DNA of 64,000 nucleotides. Origin: Antedon mediterranea (lineage: Eukaryota; Animalia; Echinodermata). Shown here in pieces: positions 1 to 13,100 of this stretch (the first letter of the stretch is position 1; the number at the start of each line of letters is the position of its first letter). The position numbers and the translations under genes are program-made. The notes under the pieces are model-generated. The model worked only from the letters and a program-made list of their open reading frames with translations. It was not told the origin of the DNA and made no database searches. The stretch covers positions 3,844,001-3,908,000 of the forward strand of contig NC_092674.1 in assembly GCF_964355755.1 (NCBI RefSeq), read 5' to 3'.

Positions 1-186
1 ACTCTCCTCATGGATGTGGGATAATACCCGGGCATTTTCCCGTGCATAAACCGAAAATGACGATACAGTAAGTTGGGGATGGGATTATTTATACCCGAGG
101 TGGGACTGTACCCACAAGGAAATATGGTAATTATAGACAGTGTTATGATTTATTACAATTATTTTTTTTTTAGAAATTGTGTTTCG

Positions 187-1110
187 ATGGAGTTAACAAT
201 CTTATGTGCAGTTATTAGTTCATTATTACTGACAACCAGCAGGGCTGTACCTCGTCGACCAATCACAACAAGTCTTGATGCCAAGTGGCCAGCTACACCT
301 ATCTTGTCCGAGTCTAGTGAATATATAGCAAGCCATAAAAATGATGCATTCTGGGAATTCTTTGAAAGTATTGTTGGTATATCACAATCCGACGTTGGAG
401 AGGGTAAAATAACTGTCTTACAATTTGGTTTGATAAATTTATAATATTTCATATACTTTTCATATCAATATACACAATAAAAAAAACTAAGGAGTTGACT
501 CTACTAGAAGATTTTCTCAATTATGATAAATTGTAAAAAATAAAGTTGTGTATCGTCATATATAACAATTATTATTATTTGTATTAATCAACCACTTTGT
601 TTAAAGAACACTTTTCATGATTATAACTAGTGCAAAATGTTTTAACTATATTTTTTCTTATAATTGCAGAAAGTGATGAGATGTACTATGAGCTTTCCTT
701 GAAGTTTGCTAGCCGAGTAGGACTAACAGAGTCTGACTTAGCTCTCCTCAAACTCAGCCTCTCACTCCATTCCTTCTCACCAAAGATTGCACTACATAAC
801 CAAGTTTGTAACTTATTGAACTTTTTAGAGCTTTAACCTACCTTTACACTGAGCCTAGATTCCGGATAATCTTTGCATTATACCTACTGTAGGACCTGTA
901 AATTAGCACCTTATTAGCATAATGCCTGCCACCTCAGCTGAATTTTTTCTTTTTCTATGAACACTTCTTAACAAAAAATCACTTTATGCTGTGTATGCTA
1001 ATAGACGAGTGAGCGGACGAGCGGTTAAGAAAGTGGAACCGTAATTACATCAGCCATAACATTAACGAGGGTTCGAGCCTCATTTGCTCTATGGTTCTGG
1101 TGGTAGAACG

Positions 1111-1142
<32 letters not shown>

Positions 1143-4100
1143 TCCAGTGTATACATCTAGCTCATGTGCACTTTAAAGAACCTAGTATACCTTTTGAGAA
1201 GAGTAGGTTGTTACCCCGGTGTACAAGTACATCACAGCCACTGATCATAACTTTGGCCCCTGGGAGACCAGTCTTTGACTGAAGAGGTCGCACAGTATAA
1301 ATAAATAATAACAAACAAATATCAAAAATTTAATATAAAATGTTTGCTTCCTTCGACCAATAAGTACCCCCCCCCCCCCCCCAATAGATTGTGAGTGCCT
1401 GGCAGGTTGTTCGTTCATATAAATACATATTTTTATTAACTCTGTTTAATATCATTTCTTAGATGGCAGCAGAAGTTGTAGGTGATTTGAACTGTTCTAT
1501 ATTTGTAGAAGTTCATGGCAAAGTCACATGTGCTCTAAATGATGTTGAATCACTAATTAATACTGCTGATCAAAGGTTAGTATAAATTGGCTTATTCCCG
1601 TTTCTTCACAACCTTTATGGTATCCTCATTATCACTATTTACGATTACCATCATCATTTTTCTCCTCTTCATAAATTATTTGTATATCAACCTTTACTTA
1701 TCAAAATCACATTTTGAGTTCATTTTTAAACTCGAAGCAGTAGTCATGAAACCTCTTTTTACAATAATCAAAGAAATATATGTATAAAAAATAATATAAG
1801 TATGTATAAATATATGTATACAAAAATTATAAACTAAAAAGCTCTGCCTACTCTTTCAAACTTGACCAAAAAAGTGTGATGTGCCAAAATATGGTAGTGA
1901 TATGCCAAAATATTGTAGTGATGTGCCCAAATATGGTAGTGATGTGCCAAAATATGGTAGTGATATGCCCAAATATGGTAGTGATATGACATTATCATGT
2001 CTATATTTGAGCACATCACATTTTTTGTCAAACTAGTTTGATAGTTTGTTTGTTTGATAGTGTAGACAGAGCTTTACATTATTTGTTTATTTTTCATTTG
2101 CAGTGAAGCAGCCATAATATATGAGGTTGATCATATATATTCATCCAGAGGCGGTGATTCTCCCAATACCACTGTCATCCTCTATGGTTCTATAAATGAT
2201 TTTAACTCAAAATTAAACATATTTCATAAATATTTAGCGAATTTAGCAGAGCATCAACTTATTACATATTTATTCAGACATTATATAAAGGTATTTACTT
2301 TTTCATTTTTGTAGTTTACATAAAAGACAAATACTCATTGATTAGGTCAACCGGCTCTGCCACAGTCATTTATTTGCTTAGATTGACCCTGGTCTCACCA
2401 ATACATTTTGTATTGTTGAGACAGTGGCACCGCAGTTACGTAGCCATAACATCGGCAAGGGTTTTGTGCCTCACTCTCTCCATGGTTCTGGCGGTAGAAC
2501 AAGTCTTCTCGGAAAAGGACTATAAACTGTAGGTCCAGTGTACACGTCTAGGTCATGTGCACTTTATAGAACCTAGTACATCTTTCGAGACAAGTAGGGG
2601 TTACCCCGGTGTACTAGTACACACACAGCCACTGGTCACTCTGGGAGACCAGTATTTTGACTGAAGAGGTTACCCAGTATAAACAAATTTTAAATGATTC
2701 TCAATGGATATTATTAATTTACTGATTCTCTTACAGAATACTTCCACAAGAAAGGAACGCTTATCAGGGTATGGGGTAGAACTGGCAATTAAAAGCACAG
2801 AGTACAAAGCATACGACGACTCAAAGAAAAATGAGGATTCACAACAGCAAAACCAAGATAACACGGACGTACCAGATGAGATCAACGGTTTTATATTTTC
2901 AAAACTTGAGTGAGTTTTTATTTGTTTTGGTTATGTGAAATATGACCTGTCCGTTCTGGACTCAATTTTGTTATGTTTACAGGAATAGATTGGGCGAGTA
3001 GTAGTAGATTTTACTAGCCCATATCATAGGGTTGAAGCCCAGGAAATTACAATGCAAAATATAAGAGAACATGTATTGGCCTCTTCCCCTCCCCCTTTCT
3101 TCTCTAAAGCTCTGTCTACACTATCAAACTAGTTTGACAAAAAAAATGTGATGTGCCTAAACATGGTAGTGATATGCTCAATATGGTTGTGATATGTCAT
3201 CATGTCCATATATGGCCACATCACATTTTTTTGTCACATAAAGTGTATATGGATTTATTAACTAACATTACAAGCCAAATTTGCATTACTTTTTTTTTAT
3301 AGAGAAATTTATCCAGAACTGTCAAGCAATTTAAAACAATTTCAGAATCATTTGGTTGAAGAGAGTAATAAAATGACGCCTTTGAAAGTATGGCAATTAC
3401 AAGGTAAATGAATTGTATATATTATATCTTGAAATATCTCCAAAGGCAAATTACTGAAAAAATTACAATGCTGTGGGGATCAGTGGCTGGATCTCAATGG
3501 AGATACAAATAAAATAAGCACTGGAAAATTACAATGCTGTGGGGATCAGTGGCTGGATCTCAATGGAGATACAAATAATATAAGCACTGGAAAATGACAA
3601 TACTGTGGGTATCAGTGGCTGGATCTCAATGGAGATACAAAATAAAATAAGCACTGAAAAATGACAATGCTGTGGGTATCAGTGGCTGGATCTCAATATA
3701 GGTATAAAATAAAATAAGCACTGGAAAATGACAATACTGTGGGTATCAGTGGCTGGATCTCAATGGAGATACAAATAAAATAAGCACTGAAAAAATGACA
3801 ATGCTGTGAGTATCAGAGGCTGGATCTCAATGGAGGTATAAAATAAAATAAGCACTGACAAAATGACAATACTGTGGGTATCAGTGGCTGGATCTCAATG
3901 GAGGTATAAAATAAAATAAGCACTGAAAAAATGACAATGCTGTGAGTATCAGAGGCTGGATCTCAATGGAGGTATAAAATAAAATAAGCACTTAAAAAAT
4001 GACAATGCTGTGAGTATCAGTGGCTGGATCTCAATGGAGGTATAAAATAAAATAAGCACTGAAAAAATGACAATGCTGTGAGTATCAGAGGCTGGATCTC

Positions 4101-7100
4101 AATGGAGGTATAAAATAAAATAAGCACTGACAAAATGACAATACTGTGGGTATCAGTGGCTGGATCTCAATGGAGGTATAAAATAAAATAAGCACTGAAA
4201 AAATGACAATGCTGTGAGTATCAGAGGCTGGATCTCAATGGAGGTATAAAATAAAATAAGCACTGAAAAAATGACAATGCTGTGAGTATCAGTGGCTGGA
4301 TCTCAATGGAGATACAAAATAAAATAAGCACTGACAAAATGACAATGCTGTGGGTATCAGTGGCTGGATCTCAATGGAGGTATAAAATAAAATAAGCACT
4401 GAAAAAATGACAATACTGTGGGTATCAGTGGCTGGATCTCGATGGAGGTATAAAATAAAATAAGCACTGAAAAATGACAATGCTGTGGGTATCAGTGGCT
4501 GGATCTCAATGGAGGTATAAAATAAAATAAGCAATAAAAAAATGACAATGCTGTGAGTATCAGTGGCTGGATCTCAATGGAGGTATAAAATAAAATAAGC
4601 ACTGAAAAAATGACAATGCTGTGGGTATCAGTGGCTGGATCTCGATGGAGGTATAAAATAAAATAAGCACTGAAAAATGACAATGCTGTGGGTATCAGTG
4701 GCTGGATCTCAATGGAGGTATAAAATAAAATAAGCAATAAAAAAATGACAATGCTGTGAGTATCAGTGGCTGGATCTCAATGGAGGTATAAAATAAAATA
4801 AGCACTGAAAAAATGACAATGCCGTGGAGTAAAAGTAAAATAAGGGAACAATTAGCTTTCAGGCAACACTAGCCCTTCATCAGTGCAAGTGAGAGTACTT
4901 TGACAAAGTTGAGAAAATATCTTAAAATATCTTATTTTTTACTGTCCTTTTTGTTTTCTTTTTGTTATAGATATTTCGTATCAGGCTGCCCAGCGTGTGA
5001 TGACATCGGACGTGAATGATGCATTAGACGTAATGCGTGACATTAGTCAGAATTTTCCAATGCGAGCTCATTCATTGGTTAAAACTCCTCTGAGAGAGGA
5101 ATTCAAAAAGGAAATTATAACCAATCAGAGGGTAAGCCTATGTATTTTATATTTTGTTATTAAATATGATGTGATGTTATAGTTATACACTATCAAACCT
5201 TATGTGCCAAAAATATGTGATGTGCCCATATATGGACATGATGATGTCATATCACTACCATATTCAGGAATATTGCTACCATATTTGGGCAGATCACACT
5301 TTTTAGTGAGTGTAGACAGAGCTTGATGTGTAGACAGTGGTTGTTTAATTTTGTAAGGTTTTAAAGCCATGATTATTTTCTTGTTAGATTTCGTACAGTA
5401 GTATTGGCTTAGATGCTGGTGAGGATATGCTGATGATAAATGGCCTAGCCATTGATATGGACATTGCTGATCCATTCATGTAAGCTTTCTATACATTCAT
5501 TTTTATATTAAATATATATTATATAATAAGTCCTATACGCATTTATGACCTACAATAAAACAATTGAATTATATGCTTTTATTTTAACCAGAATTGTTAA
5601 GAAATGTAAAAAATATTTTAATTATCCTTGGAAAGAGGTGGGGAGTTCGCGGTGGGGGTGTAGGCCTATCAACATGACCAAAATTGTACTGAAAATTTTT
5701 TAAACTACATTTGAAAACTGCCACTGAGGGGTTATGGCAGTGATGGCTCCACATAATTTGTACTGGAAATTTCTTAAACACATAAGTATGTGGTGTGTTG
5801 GGAGGGCAGGCGTGGAGATACTGGCGTTAATGAGGTACAACTGATTGATTGGGATTGTACTGGGAACAGTTACTACATTTGAACTGTCCTTGTGAGAAGT
5901 TACTTATATTATATATTTGATATTAGTATCTTGTCATTATAAATGTTGCAGGCTCCTTGATTTGTTGAAGACTGAGGCTAGTATCATGAATGGACTACAT
6001 GCTTTAGATATTAAGGTATACATTACTATTTTTTTCTTTTCAAATTGTTACTAAAGTAATCAATACTATAGTAGAGTTTAATAAACTAATACCCTTTTTA
6101 CATCTGCATAAATTGTAACCAGGTTCCCCGATTTATTACTAGTTTTCATACATGCATACCCAAACCCTGAGAAATCTCTGAGGAAAAGTGTAGTTGCATG
6201 CTATTATATTACTATGATTGGTCAGTTTAATACCAGGGCAATACATGCGCGTGCAGAAATAACTGGTGAAATCTTAGTTGTCATTTGCAGATGTGAAAGG
6301 GGTAAATTAGTTAAGCAGAAAGTAAGTTATTTTATAATTTTAATCACCAAAAAATCATACTGTTTATATTACTTAGGGCAAAAACATTGAAAAACTGTTG
6401 AAAGTTCAGCTGATAGCAAATGAAGGCGATTTTGCAATTGATATTAGAGACCATGCTGTAATTGTAAGTATAAATAAAAATATGGGAATTCATACACATA
6501 TATTATACAATCAAAAATGTTATCAAACATTGCCTGGATGTTATCACGCATAGCTTTGATGTTATCACAAATAGCCTGGTTGTTATCACACGTAGCCTGG
6601 ATGTTATCACACGTAGCCTGGATGTTATCACACGTAGCCTGGATGTTATCACACGTAGCATGGATGTTATCACACATAGCATGGATGTTATCACACATAG
6701 CATGGATGTTATCACACATAGCCTGGATGTTATCGCACATAGCCTGGATGTTATCACAAATAGCCTGGATGTTATCACAAATAGCCTGGATGTTATCACA
6801 CATTGCCTGGATGTTATCACACATAGCCTGGATGTTATCGCACATACAGTAGCCTGGATGTTATCACAAATAGCCTGGATGTTATCACAAATAGCCTGGA
6901 TGTTATCACACATAGCCTGGGTGTTATCACACATAGCCTGGATGTTATCACACGTAGCCTGGATGTTATCACACATAGCATGGATGTTATCATACGTAGC
7001 CTGGATGTTATCACACGTAGCCTGGGTGTTATCACGCATAGCCTTGATGTTATCACAAATAGCCTGGTTGTTATCACACGTAGCCTGGATGTTATCACAC

Positions 7101-10100
7101 GTAGCCTGGATGTTATCACACGTAGCCTGGATGTTATCACACATAGCCTGGATGTTATCACACGTAGCCTGGATGTTATCACACGTAGCCTGGATGTTAT
7201 CACACGTAGCCTGGATGTTATCACACGTAGCCTGGATGTTATCACACGTAGCCTGGATGTTATCACACGTAGCCTGGATGTTATCACACATAGCCTGGAT
7301 GTTATCACACTTTCAGATACCTTACCATTGTGCAATACATCTTAAAAATACTTACTTTTATGTTTTTCTTGCATATTAAATTAATCTCATCTTAAAACTA
7401 TAAAATAACATTTTTTTTGTCTTTGCTTTTATCAATAGTTTGTAAACAATTTAGAAGAGGATGATCGCTATAACAACTGGCCAAGTTCCATGCATGAGAT
7501 GCTTAGGCCAACATTCCCTGGTATGATGAGACACGTGAGAAGGAACTTCTTTAATTTGGTAAGTAAATGATCAATCGGTACGGATATTATTTTACGCGAC
7601 TTAAATTCATTCTACGCACGCTTAACTTTTTGTTATTTGTGGTCTCGGCTTAAAGTCTATTTCTAGAATTATTTTGACCACCATCCGAATTTATAAATAA
7701 TTAATGATTTATTAAGAATATTTATGTATTATTTGTGGAAAATCAAACAACAACAACTGTAATCTCTAATCTTCTCTATCTCTAATTTTCCAGGTTTTTA
7801 TTTTGGATCCAATTAAACCAGAAAGCGGCGTACTCATACAGCAGCTTGAGATATTTTTTGCAAACAATGCACCGATACGGTACGGACTTGTTTTCGTGAC
7901 GGATAACGAAGATGCCGATGGGCAAGAAGATGTTGGCGTTGCCCTTCAAAGAATTTTTAATTACGTGTTGGTTGAAAATACTCCAGATAAAGCGTTAGAT
8001 CTTGTCGCAAGGGTAAGTCAGATATTTATATGTTACCTATACAGTAGAACCCATCCATTGGGACACCCCTATTCAGGAGACACCCCTATTCAGGGGACCC
8101 CCCCCTATTCAGGAGACACCCCTATTCAGGAGACACCCCTATTCAGGAGACACCCCTATTCAGGAGACACCCTATTAAGTGGATACTTTACTGTGAAATA
8201 AACAAAGGGAAATATATGTATTAACTCTATAGCCAACCACTGGTAAGTCCGGAAGGTGTCTTAATATGAGTTCTACTGTACCTTGATATATTATATGCCA
8301 TATTGCTGATGATTGACTCTTTCTCTCTTTAGTGTGTGTGTAAAAATGAATTCTTTCTCATATATGCTAACATAGGGTTAGTAATACTAGTGTCTATTAA
8401 ACTAAGCCCTTTAATTGTCATTCAGTCTCTTGTAGTTGCCAATCCGTTCACAGTACAAATATTCACACAAGATAATAAATAAATAATTTCTTAAATAGGC
8501 CCTGGGAGTGCAGTTATTTTTATCATAAGAAAAAATTGCTATTGAGAATTTTTGTTTTTACTGTTGTTTTATAAAATAATTTTCATTTTGAAATACTTTA
8601 CAGATTTACGAGCTTGCAGGTGAAAATGAACTTCAACTGAATCATGTGAAAGAGACCTTTGATAACGTGTATAAACACCAGGACTTTGATGCAATAATTG
8701 CAAGTAATTCCGAGTACAGTGAAGCTGGAAGGGTAAGTAAAGACAATTTAGAGGAGGGAAAAAAGGAAAAAGGATGCTTGAAATGAAGGAGAAACTAATA
8801 TAGTATTCTGCTATTTATTCAATCTTTTATTTAGGAATCTGTGGTCCATAGAAAGTAAAATTATATAAATGAATTAAAAATAAACAAGACTGTACTAATT
8901 ACTACTACTCATCTGATACTGAAACAAAGAAATTCTGTAATGGTATGTCATAGTAGTATTAGTATTCCATGTGTTAGTGGTACTTTAATAGACATGGTAA
9001 TGGGCACCAATGCTGGAAGATTGTTGTCGATAATTCAAAATGTTTCCTACTCACTGAGTGTTATATAACATATATGACTAGACTATAACGTGTATTAACT
9101 ACTTTATATTTCTTTAATTTAGGGCGGCAAAGCTTTCTTTGAACGGACAGCTCTTCCTAGCCTGCCACAAGTGTTACTCAATGGTAAACCATTGCCAGTC
9201 GATAAGGTAAGACACACACATTCATACCATATTTGGACAGATCACTACTATATTTGGGCAGATCACTACCATATTTGGGCAGATTACTACCATATTTTGG
9301 GCAGATCACTACCATATTTGGGCAGATCACTACCATATTTGGGCAGATCACTACCATATTTGGGCAGATCACTACCATATTTGGACAGATCACTACCATA
9401 TTTGGGCAGATCACTACCATATTTTGGGCAGATTACTACCATATTTTGGGCACATCACACTTTTTTTGTCACACTAGTCAGTGTAGACAGAGCTTTAAAG
9501 AATGACGTTTTTCACATTATGATATACAGTACACTGCATTGATATATTTTAAAAATAATTTGTTTTCAGCTTGGACCAGATGATTTTGAAGAGACGGTTG
9601 TAACTGCTGTTTTGACAGGCACTCCAGACATACAGAGAGCCATTTATAGGGTAACATAATCCATTAAGAGTTTCTTATAGGAAACTTAGTTTTATCTAAC
9701 CATTAGAAGGATCCATTTTGTTGTAAAACTATTATGATACAGTTATTTTGATTTTGTTTAACAATGTAGGCAAAGCTGACAGATAGAATGGATCCACTGG
9801 AGTACCTTATGACCCAACCCCATGTGATGCCGAGACTAAACCCAAGAATTCTTGACCCAAATGTCAAATTCATTTCTTTCACTTCTAGTATCGGTGAGTC
9901 TTTATAGGAGTTTTATTACAAACATATTTTTAAAAATCTATTTCTCTAAATATTAGAATGGAGTATAGTGGATTATTTTGCATTTTTTTTTTCTTAGAGG
10001 GACTTTCTTTACAAGATGATATTACCACTTTGACTTCATCTCAAATGTCAACTGTTATTGCTGACAACATGAAATATTTTACTAAACGAGGTAAGATACG

Positions 10101-13100
10101 TTATATTATTATGCAAGTTGCGTCTTCATCCTCATTTCATTTTTTTTAAATTTTAATTTCACATAATAGTTATTCACTTTAACCAAACACTGGATCGAAA
10201 AAAAAAAGGTTTGGCCTGAAAAAAAATGTAATTTAAAGCAAAAAATACTTAAATTGTCTTAAAATTAACTGTTTCTTTTGTCTTTGTGAGTGAAATAATA
10301 ATTTTTGGGGTTTTTTTTGGTACAGAATTGAATAACTTTTTTAAACTGCAAAATTGCATATTTAAAGTCTGATTTTATTAATCTTCATATTTCATGTTTT
10401 GTGGGGACAATACATTTTTTCACATATTTTTTAGTGTGGTACTTATTAGAGTATTGTTCTCTCAGTCTAAATATTGTTGTGTTCTTTAATTATTTGTATT
10501 TTTCTTGTTTTGTAGATGATGATTCTGTGCGGCAGGCCACAATGTGGATTGTTGGAGACTTAAATACAGACCAAGGGCGGGATCTGCTTTCTAATGCATT
10601 TAAATACTTAGTATGTACTTATAAACAACATCTCAATCTAATTAAACACCACACTTGGGGGTCAGGGTTTTGGTCACAGTGTGTAAATTATGAATTTATT
10701 AATTTTTAACAGCAGAAATGATTAGACACCAGTGCATGATAACTCTTTTTTATTTTCTATTTTACAAGAAACTTTCGAGCATTTCCCGAGTTGGTGTAAT
10801 ATTTAATCCAAGTACTTCATCGGAAAAATCTTTGTGGCTTTCTAAAGCATTACATGCAGCTCTTCAGACTCAGTCCAGAAATCACGCTAAATTATTTGTA
10901 CAAAAATTATTGAAGAAGGAAAACTTTGACGCGATAAGTGCTGGAAGTAAGCAAGTGGAAGAATTATATGTAAATGTGAGTAATATGTTTGCAAAACTGT
11001 TATGAATGTGTTTTAATGGTTTGAACAAATTGGGACCTTTGGACCTCAAGTCTGGTTGTGGGTGAATTTTCAGTGTTCATAAAGTCCAGTATTGGTATAG
11101 TTGACTGTATAGGTATTAAACAGCTTTTTCTTGCCATGGGAGAATTTATTTTCTTTGGTCTTCTTTGTCTGAGATGGAAGAAAATAGGCACACATATATT
11201 TATATCAATTCATTTTATCATACGTTTTCTTGAAGGGTATGGACCTGGAGCTGTTCAATGAGTACTATCAGCAAGATATTTCATCTGTGTTCTCAACCTA
11301 TCGTCAGTTTACTGAGAAGACACTGTCATTAGCAGGAGGTCAGGCAGCTATAGTTTGCAATGGAAGGGTACGTGAATTTGTTGAGAGATAAGCCATAGGA
11401 ATTATATGGTAGTGATATGACATCATCATGTTCATATGTGGGCACATCACATTTTTTTTCACATAAAGTTTGATAGTGTAAACAGAGCTTTGAGCACCAA
11501 CAATGATTTAATCCCACTTTTGTTCCATTTCATATTTTTCAGGTGTTCGGACCTTTTAGAGAGGATGAAAATTTAGTGGTAGAAGATTTTCAACTTCTTG
11601 AAAAATTAGTCACGGAAACATCGGCGAATAGCGTAAAAAATAAAGTAAGAAATTATATGTTCTGAAACGGCTATTTTTAAATAGACTTGCATATATAAGT
11701 TGTATTGTATGTTTAATTTTTCATTGTTTTAAATTTTGTATTGTAGGTGAAATTGTTGGATAATGCAGGAAACAATAAGAATGATCTTATCATGAAAATT
11801 GATGCTCTGATGGCTGATAGCTCCCAACCTGAAGACAGAAGAGATGTTCCAAAATGGAAGCGGGAACACAGGTAATGTGTACACCTAACTCTCTAAATAT
11901 TGATTGACGGAAGCCACTGGTAGTAGTCTCTTTGTAGTAAAATGTACATTATGTTATTCTAGTGGTTACATCACCCACAGAAACTATAGAAAAATGTATT
12001 GTCCCCCAAAATCATGAAAAATCAGATTTTGAATAGGCCATTTTGCAGGTTTTCACTTCTTTAGAAAAAAAAATCAACAAAAATAATTATTTCACTTATA
12101 AATTTTTGTATTTTTACATACATATAGATATTTGTTATTGACTAGTATTAACTATATATAAATATTTGTTTTGTCTTTTGCAGTATTTTAGAGATTGAAG
12201 CTAATAATCCAGACTTACCTAGCTATGAGATCACTGCAGTACTTGACCCTCTCTCAAGAAATTGCCAGAAATGGAGTCAGATAATCCATGTTTTGACCCG
12301 AGTCTTGAACGTTAGATTGACCTTGTTTCTGAATCCAAGAGACAAGCTTTCAGAAATGCCATTGAAAAGGTGATTAAGAATAAGATCTTTGTTGCCTTTT
12401 TACCGTATAAAGCTCTGTCTACATTATCAAACTTTATTTTATAAAAAAATTTGATGTGATATGCCCATATATGGCGGGATGATGTCATATCAGTACCATA
12501 TTTGGGCATATCACTACTACATTTCGACACATCACACTTGGACTAGTTTAATAGTGTAGACAGAGCGTAACATGAACAAATTTGAATGTAATAATTGTCA
12601 AAATGAACGATATACATACAGCTCTGACTAATTATATTCAACTTTTAAAACACTTTAGTTTTTACCGTTACGTTTTTGAGCCCGAGTTGTTGTTCCAAGT
12701 TGACAGCTCTCTGTCATCTGGTCCGTCAGCCAAGTTTGAAGACATGCCTCCAGATGTGTTGCTCACAATGAACCTGATCACCCCTGAAAGCTGGCTTGTG
12801 GAATCTGTCAATACTCCCTATGATCTGGATAATATTAAACTATCTGAGGTATGGGCTATATATCATTTGGTACACATCTCCAGAAAAAGTGATGTTTGTA
12901 TATTGTAATGTATTGTATGTTGTGATGAAACCCCTGAAATTGTATAGTAAATGTACAATATATTTATTTGTTGGATGACTTTTATCGTAATTCAAATTTT
13001 TACACTTTTTAAAATCCTAGCAATGATGTAATTTTAAGTGTTTTATTAAGCAAATATCCCGTAGTCAGAAGTGCTTGTAGGGTTAAACTGACATCCCCCC

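Noticed and set aside
1004-1090. Possible tRNA gene (A/B boxes)
   Set aside because: There is no cloverleaf and it continues into the SINE core; it is a SINE head.
4289-4737. Two near-identical 81-aa minus-strand ORFs
   Set aside because: They derive from the 68-bp satellite.
6444-7379. Long repetitive ORFs (CDNIQAT / VITSRL / WMLSHVA repeats), antifreeze- or ice-binding-like in appearance
   Set aside because: They are artefacts of a stop-free 21-bp minisatellite inside UGGT intron 10, open in several frames on both strands.
9171-9542. ORFs with LGRSLPY / GQITTIF / MVVICPN repeats
   Set aside because: These are translations of the MITE-internal 21-bp repeat; only 9123-9206 is a real UGGT exon.
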